Origin: Candidatus Omnitrophota bacterium
Lineage (GTDB): Bacteria > Omnitrophota > Gorgyraeia > 2-01-FULL-45-10
NCBI GenBank assembly: GCA_028699255.1
Contig: JAQVUX010000002.1
Span: 107,520-171,519, forward strand
Direction: 5' to 3'
Length of the DNA stretch: 64,000 bases
The notes beneath the pieces were generated by a model. The model had not been told where the DNA came from. It made no database searches and saw only the letters and a program-made list of their open reading frames with translations. The position numbers were made by a program, and so were the translations under genes. This document shows, piece by piece, positions 19,141 to 27,722 of the stretch (the stretch's first letter is position 1; every line of letters starts with the position of its first letter).

Positions 19141-21276
19141 ATGCGCATAGCGTACTTCGACTGTTTTTGTGGCATATCCGGCGACATGACGCTCGGAGCG
19201 TTTTTGGACGCGGGCCTTAGCGTTAAAAAACTTTCGAGTGAGCTCGCGAAGCTTAAAGTCGGCGGATACAGGTTGAAAAAGTCGAAGGTTTTGCGCGGTA
19301 GTATAGCCGGCACAAAGTTCGAATGCGTCGCGGACGGTTCCGCGCATGGTCATCGCTCTCTCAAAAGTATTAATGCGCTTATCGACGGAAGCTCGCTTAG
19401 CGGCCGCGTCAAAACGATGGCGAAGCGGATATTCGGCGTTATCGCCGCGGCGGAGACGAAGGTTCACGGCAAAGCGCGCGCCAAAGACGTGATATTTCAT
19501 GAGCTCGGCGATATTGATTCGATCGTTGATATAGTTGGAACGGCTATCGCGATGGAAGAGATGAGTATCGACGCTGTCTACTCGTCCTGTGTAAATATGG
19601 GGCGCGACATAGTCATGACCAGACACGGCAATATCCCGGTACCGTCTCCGGCGAGCATAGAGATATTAAAAGGCGTACCTGTGTCGATAACCGGTATAAA
19701 TGCGGAGATCGTTACGCCGACCGGCGCGGGGATACTGAAAGCGCTCTCGAAAAGCTTTGGCCCGGTCCCGAGCATGGAAATATCCGGTATAGGATATGGC
19801 GCCGGTTCTAAAGATTTTAGCGAGCGCCCGAATCTTTTGCGGGTTATCATAGGCGAGTCGAAGAGTTCATTTAAAGAAGATACAGTGTATGTGGTCGAGA
19901 CGAATATCGACGATATGAATCCCCAGCATGCCGGATATGTCATCGAGAAGGCGATGACTGCGGGTGCCGTCGACGCGTACATCGCAAATATACAGATGAA
20001 GAAGGCGCGTCCGGCGTTTAAATTAACGGCGATAACGCCTGCGGGAAAATTGCGGAGCGTAGCCGATGTCATTTTTGCCGAAACATCCGCGATCGGCCTG
20101 AGGTTTTACGAAGTAAACAGAATGAAGCTCGACAGGAAGGTTGCCATCGTGAATACCAATTACGGAAAAATAAGCGTGAAGATAAGCAAAGGGCCGGGTG
20201 GGATTGCTACTGTGTCGCCGGAACATGACGAATGCGTCGAGGCGGCGCGGCGCAGGAATGTGCCGCTACGGAAAATATATGACGCGGCGAAATCGGCCGC
20301 CAGGACAGCGCTATTGGCGGCATCTTTTGTGCTATTTACCGCCGCCTGTCAACTATCGGTTTCCTGCGCAGATACCATCGATACGAACGAAGGGCAGGAG
20401 TTGAAAGGTATTGTCGTAGAGGACTATAAAGACCGCATTATAATGTCGACCGTGGACGGTGAAAAGACGATAATGAAATCGGATATCAAAGAACTTTATT
20501 ACGACGAAGAAGAAGATAACCTTATAAAACTTGGCGACCAGGCCAAAGAAAAACGCGATTATATAAAAGCCCTTACATATTATGACATGGCGTTTAAAAA
20601 GAACCCCAATTCCAAAGCGGCCAAGGACGGGCTCGTTTTTCTGGAAGGGTATTTATTCAGGAAAGAGCAGGCGCAGAAGGAAGAGGACGTAAGGCGGCGC
20701 GAAGATCTGGAGCGCCAGGGCGTAACGGCCACCGTACAGACGGAGCTTGATACTAAGCAGAAAGTCACTGCGCTGAGAAAAGCCGTCGGCATTACGCTTG
20801 CCGTGAAAGACGGATTTCCGGTGGCGGAGAGCGTTCAGCCGAATTCACCGGCGGACGAGGCCGGGATAGAAAGAGGCGATAGGCTCGTCGCTATATGGGC
20901 GCGCCTTACCGGATATATGAGCCTGGATGAGGTTTTAGGCGCCCTCTTAGATAAGCCATCGTTGGAATTGAAATGTACTATTGAGAAGACGGTAGATGTT
21001 GCGATAAATCCGTACAGGCTGGTGGCGCCCGGGCCCAACGAACTCATAGGAGCGTCTCTTGCGATGAGATTCGATGGGCTTACCATCGACTCAGTACGCC
21101 GGGACGGCGCGGTAGTTAAGGCCGGACTTAAAGCCGGCGACCTTATCACCGCGATAGACGGCAAATCGACCCGTTATATGCCGATGAAGAAAGCCGTAAG
21201 CATGATACGGGATTCTAAAGAGAAGACGGCGATCTTAACCGTGCGAAGAGAAATATTACTCTGGAGGAGAGATTAA
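19141..21276 (+). CDS. larC: LarC (nickel insertion, DUF111) fused to lipoprotein-like TM + 2x PDZ C-terminal module
   Basis: MRIAYFDCFCGISGDMTLGAFLDAG and LarC C-domain to ~aa 385; then ...ALLAASFVLFTAAC (lipobox-like), TPR-like region and two PDZ motifs (GIERGDRLVAI; GLKAGDLITAIDG). Confidence 0.7.
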   Translation: MRIAYFDCFCGISGDMTLGAFLDAGLSVKKLSSELAKLKVGGYRLKKSKVLRGSIAGTKFECVADGSAHGHRSLKSINALIDGSSLSGRVKTMAKRIFGVIAAAETKVHGKARAKDVIFHELGDIDSIVDIVGTAIAMEEMSIDAVYSSCVNMGRDIVMTRHGNIPVPSPASIEILKGVPVSITGINAEIVTPTGAGILKALSKSFGPVPSMEISGIGYGAGSKDFSERPNLLRVIIGESKSSFKEDTVYVVETNIDDMNPQHAGYVIEKAMTAGAVDAYIANIQMKKARPAFKLTAITPAGKLRSVADVIFAETSAIGLRFYEVNRMKLDRKVAIVNTNYGKISVKISKGPGGIATVSPEHDECVEAARRRNVPLRKIYDAAKSAARTALLAASFVLFTAACQLSVSCADTIDTNEGQELKGIVVEDYKDRIIMSTVDGEKTIMKSDIKELYYDEEEDNLIKLGDQAKEKRDYIKALTYYDMAFKKNPNSKAAKDGLVFLEGYLFRKEQAQKEEDVRRREDLERQGVTATVQTELDTKQKVTALRKAVGITLAVKDGFPVAESVQPNSPADEAGIERGDRLVAIWARLTGYMSLDEVLGALLDKPSLELKCTIEKTVDVAINPYRLVAPGPNELIGASLAMRFDGLTIDSVRRDGAVVKAGLKAGDLITAIDGKSTRYMPMKKAVSMIRDSKEKTAILTVRREILLWRRD

Positions 21277-21277
21277 C

Positions 21278-21886
21278 ATGCTCAAAAATGCAGTGAGGCC
21301 GAGATTTAAACGAAAGCAGTACATCGTAGCAAGGCAATTCCAGCTAAAGTACGCGGGCATGATACTTTTGCTCATGTTCCTCACCGCCGGTTTTTGCGCA
21401 TACGCCATTTATTACACGACGATGATATTATTCGGAGAGAAGCTCGCCAACGTATATCCGCAGGGCCAACTCGTATCTATCGTAAATACGGTTAACTTTC
21501 GCATACTTATCAGCATGCTCGTAATATCTCCGATAGTCGGATTTTTGGGAATATACTTATCCCACAAGATCGCGGGCCCTATCTATAGGATAGAGAAATT
21601 TCTCGGTACGATGGTATCGGGCGACCTTTCAACCCGTATTACATTAAGGAAAGGCGACGAAATGGTTTCTCTGGCGGATGGGATAAACCGCCTTACGGAC
21701 AGCCTGTCCTCGACCATTGCCGCGGAGAAGGCCCAGGTGGAGAATGCCTTGAAGGATCTCTATGCCCTGAGAGAACTCGTTTCTTCCATCCCGCCGAAAG
21801 ATCGCGAACGCGCCGATATCGTTATTGATCGGCTCGATGCCGCGATCCGCGCCATAAATAAGGAGATGGATAAGTACACGGTATAG
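21278..21886 (+). CDS. Membrane protein: 2 TM + HAMP + coiled coil, no output domain
   Basis: Two hydrophobic helices then HAMP-like IAGPIYRIEKFLGTMVSGDLSTRI. Confidence 0.6.
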   Translation: MLKNAVRPRFKRKQYIVARQFQLKYAGMILLLMFLTAGFCAYAIYYTTMILFGEKLANVYPQGQLVSIVNTVNFRILISMLVISPIVGFLGIYLSHKIAGPIYRIEKFLGTMVSGDLSTRITLRKGDEMVSLADGINRLTDSLSSTIAAEKAQVENALKDLYALRELVSSIPPKDRERADIVIDRLDAAIRAINKEMDKYTV

Positions 21887-21915
21887 CACCCGAGATATAA
21901 TTGTAGAACATTCCT
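21883..21915. repeat. Direct repeat copy A (33 bp, begins at stop codon of upstream gene)
   Basis: ATAGCACCCGAGATATAATTGTAGAACATTCCT; 29/33 identical to copy B at 23235-23267. Confidence 0.7.
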
Positions 21916-21957
21916 GACGCTTTATATAGAAAATGAGGGACTTGGGTCCAGTAGTTT

Positions 21958-21990
21958 CAAAAGGGGACGCTACGTCCTTTTTTCTTTTGG
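21958..21990 (+). terminator. Putative rho-independent terminator
   Basis: aaaaGGGGACGctaCGTCCttttttctttt; short GC stem followed by a T-run. Confidence 0.4.
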
Positions 21991-21997
21991 ATCGATA

Positions 21998-22052
21998 TTG
22001 ACTATTTCACTAAAATAGAGTATACTCCAATTTAGTAGCACTAAATTGGAGG
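21998..22052 (+). promoter_or_regulatory. Consensus promoter TTGACT-17-TATACT plus 9-bp palindromic operator overlapping the SD
   Basis: -35 at 21998-22003, -10 at 22021-22026; IR CAATTTAGT agc ACTAAATTG at 22028-22048, abutting GGAGG. Confidence 0.45.
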
Positions 22053-22061
22053 ACGATATAT

Positions 22062-23222
22062 ATGAAAAAGATCAAAAGAATTTTAGACATGAAGCTACCT
22101 GCCGGCCAGTCCGCCTTTTTATGGGGTGCCCGTAAAACCGGCAAAACCACGTATCTGAAAGAAAGGTTTCCCGACAGTAAAGTGTATGATTTTTTAAAAA
22201 CGGACCTGTTTTTGGAGATATCGAAAAACCCGGCGCTTTTACGCGAACGGATACTCGCGCTGGACAATGCGGCACTCAGGAAACCGATAATATTGGATGA
22301 GGTGCAAAAAGTCCCGCAGGCGTTGGACGAAGTACACTGGCTAATAGAAAACAAGGGGTTGGGGTTTGTGCTCTGCGGCTCAAGCGCGAGAAAACTTAAG
22401 AAAGGCCACGCCAATCTTTTAGGCGGCAGAGCCTGGAGATATGAACTGTTCCCGTTTGTGAGCAAGGAGTTGGATAGCATCGATCTTTTGCATGTATTAA
22501 ATCATGGCATGATACCGCTCCACTATTTACAGAATGACGCAGATTGCAGGAGATCTTTAGAGGCTTATGTGCAGGATTACCTACGCGAGGAAGTATTCGC
22601 TGAAGGTTTGACTCGTAATATTCCGGCATTTTCGCGATTTTTTGACGCTTTTGGATATTCGCACGGCGAGATAACCAATTACAGCAATATCGCCAGCGAG
22701 TGCGGAGTAGACTCCAAAACAGTTAAAGAATATTATAATATTCTAATCGATACGTTGTTGGCAATCAGAGTCGAACCTTTTAAAAAGAGACAATCGCGGG
22801 ATGTTATAACCAAGGCATCAAAATATTATATGTTCGATGTAGGTGTCGCCGGATACCTGACAAAAAGGCATCTGGTTGAACAGCGTGGCGCGGAGTTCGG
22901 TAAGGCATTCGAACATTTTATACTTATGGAAATTGCGGCATACAAATCTTATCGCAAGAAAGAGTTCGCGATAAATTTTTGGAGAACAAAGTCGGGTCTT
23001 GAAGTGGATTTTGTGCTCGGCGGCGAGATTGCTATTGAGGTAAAAACGGGCGCGCCGCTTGGTAAAAGGGATATGAATGGATTAAGCGCGTTTACCGATA
23101 CATATTCGCCGAAAAGAAGCATTGTGGTTTGCAACGAAAAAGAGAAAAGGATGCACAATAAAATAGAGATACTTCCATGGGAGAGATTTCTGCGCGAGCT
23201 TTGGGCTGGTAGTATTCTTTAA
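22062..23222 (+). CDS. AAA+ ATPase (COG1373; AAA_14 + DUF4143)
   Basis: Walker A GARKTGKTT, hhhDE Walker B (ILDEVQKV); typical stand-alone COG1373 architecture. Confidence 0.8.
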   Translation: MKKIKRILDMKLPAGQSAFLWGARKTGKTTYLKERFPDSKVYDFLKTDLFLEISKNPALLRERILALDNAALRKPIILDEVQKVPQALDEVHWLIENKGLGFVLCGSSARKLKKGHANLLGGRAWRYELFPFVSKELDSIDLLHVLNHGMIPLHYLQNDADCRRSLEAYVQDYLREEVFAEGLTRNIPAFSRFFDAFGYSHGEITNYSNIASECGVDSKTVKEYYNILIDTLLAIRVEPFKKRQSRDVITKASKYYMFDVGVAGYLTKRHLVEQRGAEFGKAFEHFILMEIAAYKSYRKKEFAINFWRTKSGLEVDFVLGGEIAIEVKTGAPLGKRDMNGLSAFTDTYSPKRSIVVCNEKEKRMHNKIEILPWERFLRELWAGSIL

Positions 23223-23234
23223 TATACAAATAGC

Positions 23235-23267
23235 ATAGCACCCGCAATATACTTGTACAACATTCCT
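23235..23267. repeat. Direct repeat copy B (33 bp, 13 nt after ATPase stop)
   Basis: ATAGCACCCGCAATATACTTGTACAACATTCCT; downstream CGCTTTATA element is also shared with copy A. Confidence 0.7.
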
Positions 23268-23280
23268 TAAACTTGCCCCC

Positions 23281-23346
23281 TTGACAATGCCGCTTTATAG
23301 GGTATACTTTAGGTTACTGCGTATCAGTGTATACTAAAAGAGTATA
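23281..23346 (+). promoter_or_regulatory. Consensus promoter TTGACA-16-TATACT followed by a TATACT/AGTATA palindrome
   Basis: -35 at 23281-23286, -10 at 23303-23308; IR TATACTaaaagAGTATA at 23330-23346. Confidence 0.45.
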
Positions 23347-23378
23347 ACCGATACCAATAATTTAGAGGTGGTGTTCTT

Positions 23379-23573
23379 ATGCCCGAAGACGTTGTCTTCA
23401 CGGTTCAGGAAGTAGCCACATATCTGCGGATGCAACCCGTTACCATCTATAAGCACGCAAAGGCCGGGAAGCTTCCGTGTTTCAAGGTTGGGGCTAACTG
23501 GCGATTTAAGAAGTCAACTATAGATCGCTGGATATCTGAACAGGAAGAGAAAGAAAACGGTTTTTCAAGCTGA
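23379..23573 (+). CDS. Small excisionase-family HTH (HTH_17) DNA-binding protein
   Basis: FTVQEVATYLRMQPVTIYKHAKAGKLPCFKVGANWRFKKSTIDRWI; third HTH_17 paralog in the window. Confidence 0.65.
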   Translation: MPEDVVFTVQEVATYLRMQPVTIYKHAKAGKLPCFKVGANWRFKKSTIDRWISEQEEKENGFSS

Positions 23574-23630
23574 TGTCCAATCTCATATTTTGAGGTTGGC
23601 ATTTTTGTTTGGAGCCGAGATAAGGTAAGT

Positions 23631-24872
23631 TTGAAAAAGCGTATAGTGATTACAGGCATCGGTGTGCTGGCGTCCAACGGGATCGGTAAAAAAGATTTCT
23701 GGAAAGCGATTCTCGATGGCACCTCCGGCATAAAACCCGTGACCCTTTTTGATACGGCAAATATGAAAACGAAGCTTGCCGGCGAGATAAAGGACTTTAA
23801 CCCGGAGGCGATACTCGGATTGAAGGGGCTGAGAAATCTGGATCGTTCGACTAAGCTTGCGCTCGCCGCCTCTAAGATGGCACTCGACGACGCCGCCTTG
23901 GCCGGCCCGGTCGCGGAAGAGGAGACGGACTCCTACGGCGTAGCGCTCGGCACGACGATGGGCTCGGTCTGGTCGATCAGCGAATTCGACAAGGAGGCGC
24001 TGAAAGAAGGGCCGCGGAGCGTCAATCCTGCGCTATTCCCCAATACGGTTATAAACTCTCCGGCGAGCCAGGTCTCGATACGTTTTAACATACAGGGCTT
24101 CAACGGCACGATCTCTACCGGATTTTGCGCGAGTTCCGACGCGATATATTACGCGATGAGCATGATGTCGCTGTACGATTACAAGGTTGTGCTCGCCGGC
24201 GGTGTCGAGGAGCTCTGCGAGCAGACGTATAAAGGTTTCTACAAGATAGGCCATCTCGCCGGATCCCGGACGGGCAAGGATGAGATCGACTGCCCGTTCG
24301 ATAAACGTCGTAACGGTATCATCTTCGGCGAGGGCGCGGCGATATTCGCGCTCGAGGAGCTGGAGCACGCGAAAAAGCGCGGTGCGGCCATATACGCGGA
24401 ACTGCTCGGTTACGGGACGTCGTTCGATCCGGACAGCAAAAATATATACAGCCCGAAGGCAAAAGGCGCAATCCGTGCCATGCTCTCATGCCTCAAAGAT
24501 GCCGGTCTTACAGCGGACGACATCGGATATATATGTGCGGCCGCGAATTCTACGCTCGATTGTGACGCGATGGAGGTTTTGGCCGTAAAAAGCGTATTCG
24601 CAGGCGCGGGGCGCGACGTGCCGATAAGCTCGATAAAGTCTATGATAGGCGAGACGTATTCGGCGGCAGGGGCTATGGGGCTTGCCGCGGCGATAGGCGC
24701 TATCGAGGAGGACGCGATCCCCCCGACGATAAATTACGCCAAGCCGGACAGGCGCTGTGCCGTCGATTGCGTGCCGAACGAAGCGCGCAATCTTAAAATT
24801 AAGAATATACTCGTCGATACTTTCAGCCCGACGGGCGCCAACTCGGTACTGGCCGTGGGAAGGTACGCATGA
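23631..24872 (+). CDS. Beta-ketoacyl-ACP synthase paralog with active-site Cys but lacking both catalytic His
   Basis: KS fold; Cys in GFCASS, but HGTGT is replaced by AAANST and GHxxG by GETYS; TTG start. Confidence 0.75.
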   Translation: MKKRIVITGIGVLASNGIGKKDFWKAILDGTSGIKPVTLFDTANMKTKLAGEIKDFNPEAILGLKGLRNLDRSTKLALAASKMALDDAALAGPVAEEETDSYGVALGTTMGSVWSISEFDKEALKEGPRSVNPALFPNTVINSPASQVSIRFNIQGFNGTISTGFCASSDAIYYAMSMMSLYDYKVVLAGGVEELCEQTYKGFYKIGHLAGSRTGKDEIDCPFDKRRNGIIFGEGAAIFALEELEHAKKRGAAIYAELLGYGTSFDPDSKNIYSPKAKGAIRAMLSCLKDAGLTADDIGYICAAANSTLDCDAMEVLAVKSVFAGAGRDVPISSIKSMIGETYSAAGAMGLAAAIGAIEEDAIPPTINYAKPDRRCAVDCVPNEARNLKIKNILVDTFSPTGANSVLAVGRYA

Positions 24873-25624
24873 GCATGCAAAGGACAGACCTTTTAAAGAA
24901 TAGAGTGGCGATAGTTACCGGCGGGACGCGCGGTATCGGCCGCGCCATCGTATTTGAGCTGATACATAATGGGGCGAAGGTCATATTTACGTATCTGCAG
25001 AGCGTCCAGTCCGCCTCGATAATTTTAGACGAGGTAAAAGAGCTGGGCGGGGAAGCTGTAGCCATCAGGGCGGACGTCAAGGATTACGAAGAGGCAAAGA
25101 AGGTTGTCAAAGAAGCGATGGAAAAATTCGGCGCGCTCGATATTCTCGTGAATAACGCCGGCATAATAAAAGACAAAGCGCTCATGTTTATGGAACCGTC
25201 CGAATGGCAGGATGTTATCGATACGAACCTCACCGGTTACTTTAATATGGCGAAGGCGTGCATCGTTACGATGATGAAACAAAAGAGCGGAAATATTGTG
25301 AATATTTCTTCGGTGTCCGGAGTGGTGGGGATAGCGAAACAGGTGAATTATTCGAGCGCGAAGGCCGGTATCGTGGGACTGACCAAGGCGCTCGCCAAAG
25401 AAGTCGCGCATTACGGTATCAGGGTCAACGCCGTCGCGCCCGGCTTCATAGATACGGACATGACGCGCCAGCTTAAAGCGCGCGATGAACTTATGAAGAT
25501 GATACCCGCCGGGCGGTTCGGCTCGCCTGACGAGGTTGCGAAAGCCGTGTCGTTTTTACTGAGCGACAGGGCGGGATATATAACGGGCCAGGTGATAAAG
25601 GTGGACGGCGGTTTGACCATGTAA
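24869..25624 (+). CDS. fabG: 3-oxoacyl-ACP reductase (SDR)
   Basis: TGGTRGIGRA Rossmann motif, NNAG, YxxxK (YSSAKAG). Confidence 0.85.
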   Translation: MSMQRTDLLKNRVAIVTGGTRGIGRAIVFELIHNGAKVIFTYLQSVQSASIILDEVKELGGEAVAIRADVKDYEEAKKVVKEAMEKFGALDILVNNAGIIKDKALMFMEPSEWQDVIDTNLTGYFNMAKACIVTMMKQKSGNIVNISSVSGVVGIAKQVNYSSAKAGIVGLTKALAKEVAHYGIRVNAVAPGFIDTDMTRQLKARDELMKMIPAGRFGSPDEVAKAVSFLLSDRAGYITGQVIKVDGGLTM

Positions 25625-25628
25625 CCAT

Positions 25629-25663
25629 ATTCGACCTCCGAGGTGCGACCTCGGAGGTCGAAT
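25629..25663. promoter_or_regulatory. Perfect 16-bp inverted repeat (hairpin, 3-nt loop) between fabG and the ACP gene
   Basis: ATTCGACCTCCGAGGT gcg ACCTCGGAGGTCGAAT; no following U-tract. Confidence 0.5.
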
Positions 25664-25702
25664 CAATCGAATCAAGGTAAAGTTAATAGAAGGGGGGAAT
25701 AT

Positions 25703-25951
25703 ATGCCACAGGTAGATGATGTAACGCTGGAAAAAGAGTTGCGCGAAATAATAGCGAAGGTTACGGAGATCGAAACCAAAGAGATCGGGCTCGAATCCAA
25801 GTTCGTAGAGGATCTGGGCATGGATTCGATGATGGCGCTCGAGATACTCGCCGCCATAGAGAAGAAGTACAAGATACAGGTTCCCGAGGAGAAATTGGGC
25901 CGCCTTACCAATTTAAAAGAAGCGGTGAAGCTTACGAAAGAATATCTTTAA
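25703..25951 (+). CDS. acpP: Acyl carrier protein
   Basis: 82 aa with phosphopantetheine attachment motif LGMDSM; RBS AGGGGGG. Confidence 0.85.
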   Translation: MPQVDDVTLEKELREIIAKVTEIETKEIGLESKFVEDLGMDSMMALEILAAIEKKYKIQVPEEKLGRLTNLKEAVKLTKEYL

Positions 25952-25962
25952 GAAAGAGCGCG

Positions 25963-26385
25963 ATGCTTAATGTCGAAGAGATAAAAAGCCTGATCCCCCA
26001 GCGGTACCCGTTTCTGATGATCGACCGGGTTATCGAAATAAAAGAGGGGGAGTTTATAAAGGCGTATAAGAATATCAGCCGGAACGAGGAATGCTTTAAT
26101 GGACACTTCCCGGATTCGGCCGTATTTCCCGGAGCGTTCATCGCGGAGGCGATGGCGCAGGCGGCGTGCATCCTGCTCAAAAAAAGCATTCTCGACCTGA
26201 AGGCCACGCTATTTTACGTTACAAATGTAAAAATACGGTTTTTCAAGACGGTGATTCCCGGCGACCAACTGCATATCACCATAAAAACGATAAAGATGAC
26301 GCGCATCGGCGGGATATTCGAGACCGAGGCGTCTGTAGATAATAATATTGTGTCGAAAGGAGAGATGACCTTTGCCTGCAAATAA
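25963..26385 (+). CDS. fabZ: 3-hydroxyacyl-ACP dehydratase (hot-dog fold)
   Basis: LIPQRYPFLMIDRV..FNGHFP..PG FabZ-like motifs. Confidence 0.85.
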   Translation: MLNVEEIKSLIPQRYPFLMIDRVIEIKEGEFIKAYKNISRNEECFNGHFPDSAVFPGAFIAEAMAQAACILLKKSILDLKATLFYVTNVKIRFFKTVIPGDQLHITIKTIKMTRIGGIFETEASVDNNIVSKGEMTFACK

Positions 26386-27595
26386 GAGAGTTGTTATAAC
26401 CGGCATGGGCGTGGTCTCTTCCATAGGGATAGGGAAGGACGAGTTCTGGAGGAACCTTATCGCCGGGCGGTCCGGTATAAGTGAGGTTAGCCGTTTCGAT
26501 ACGTCCGGTTTTCCCACTCACCGCGCGGGCGAGGTGAAGGACTTTGCCGCCGAGGATTTTATCCCGAAAACGATATGCAAGCGCATCGGCAGAGGCTCGC
26601 AACTCGCGATCTCCGCCGCGCGTCTTGCGCTCGAGGACGCGGCCTTCGATATGAAGAAAGATGCCGGAGACTCTTTTGGTGTAATAATCGGCACGACGAT
26701 GGGCGAGGCGCCGTCGATCGAGATGATAGACAGGTTCTGGACGAGTAAGGGCGAGGACGATGTATATCCGTCCAACGTGAAAAATTTCCCCGTAAACAAT
26801 CTGTCGGACAATGTCGCCGCCGTCCTGGGTTTCACGGGATACAATTATGTCATACCGACCGCATGCGCGGCCGGTAACTATTCTATAGGTTTTGCCTCCG
26901 ATCTTATACGGACGGGGCGCGCGGATTCTCTCCTTGCCGGCGGGGCAGACCCGCTGTCACGGCTCGCGTTCACCGGGTTCAACCGGCTCTTTGCCATGTC
27001 GCCGGATATGTGCCGGCCCTTCGACAAGGATCGTAAAGGAATATTGCTGGGCGAGGGCGGCGCGTTGCTTTTGGTCGAGGCTCTCGAACACGCAAAAGCC
27101 CGTGGCGCCAAGATCTACGCGGAAGTTTTAGGCTACGGGCTTAGCTGTGACGCGCATAACATGACGATACCGAGCCAGAAGGGCGTAATGAAGGTGATGG
27201 AGAAAGCCATACGAAATAGCGGCATAGCAAAAAAAGATGTCGGCTACATATCGGCTCATGGTACGGGCACAGGTTTAAACGACAAGACCGAGTCCGCGGC
27301 GATACGCGAAGTTTTCGGCGACCTGGCCAAAGATATACCCGTGAGCTCGATAAAGTCGATGCTCGGCCATACGATGGGTACGGCGAGCGCTCTCGAGGCG
27401 ATGGCCTGCTGTCTGGCGATACGCGACGGCGTCATTCCGCCGACGATCAATTTCGCGACGCCTGATCCTGAATGCGCTATCGACTGTGTCCCGAACAAAT
27501 CGCGCAAGAAGGATGTCCGGGTCGCGCTCAACAACTCATTCGCTTTCGGCGGCAACAACGCCTGCCTCGCCCTGGCGAGATACGGGGATAATTGA
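26372..27595 (+). CDS. fabF: Beta-ketoacyl-ACP synthase II (canonical Cys-His-His)
   Basis: TACAAGNYS (Cys), SAHGTGTGLND (His), LGHTMGTAS (His); TTG start. Confidence 0.85.
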   Translation: MPANKRVVITGMGVVSSIGIGKDEFWRNLIAGRSGISEVSRFDTSGFPTHRAGEVKDFAAEDFIPKTICKRIGRGSQLAISAARLALEDAAFDMKKDAGDSFGVIIGTTMGEAPSIEMIDRFWTSKGEDDVYPSNVKNFPVNNLSDNVAAVLGFTGYNYVIPTACAAGNYSIGFASDLIRTGRADSLLAGGADPLSRLAFTGFNRLFAMSPDMCRPFDKDRKGILLGEGGALLLVEALEHAKARGAKIYAEVLGYGLSCDAHNMTIPSQKGVMKVMEKAIRNSGIAKKDVGYISAHGTGTGLNDKTESAAIREVFGDLAKDIPVSSIKSMLGHTMGTASALEAMACCLAIRDGVIPPTINFATPDPECAIDCVPNKSRKKDVRVALNNSFAFGGNNACLALARYGDN

Positions 27596-27633
27596 TCTAT
27601 GCCTTTTAAACCTAAATACGTGCATAGAAAAAA

Positions 27634-27665
27634 TATAGGACATTATAGGACATCGATATAGGACA
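27634..27665. promoter_or_regulatory. Three direct repeats of TATAGGACA (spacing 10 and 13 bp)
   Basis: Copies at 27634-27642, 27644-27652 and 27657-27665 in the KS/CrtI-like intergenic region. Confidence 0.4.
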
Positions 27666-27722
27666 AGTGTATCGGCCGGTGCGTTATGACAGTCGTTCTG
27701 GCGAGATACGGGAATTAAAGGA

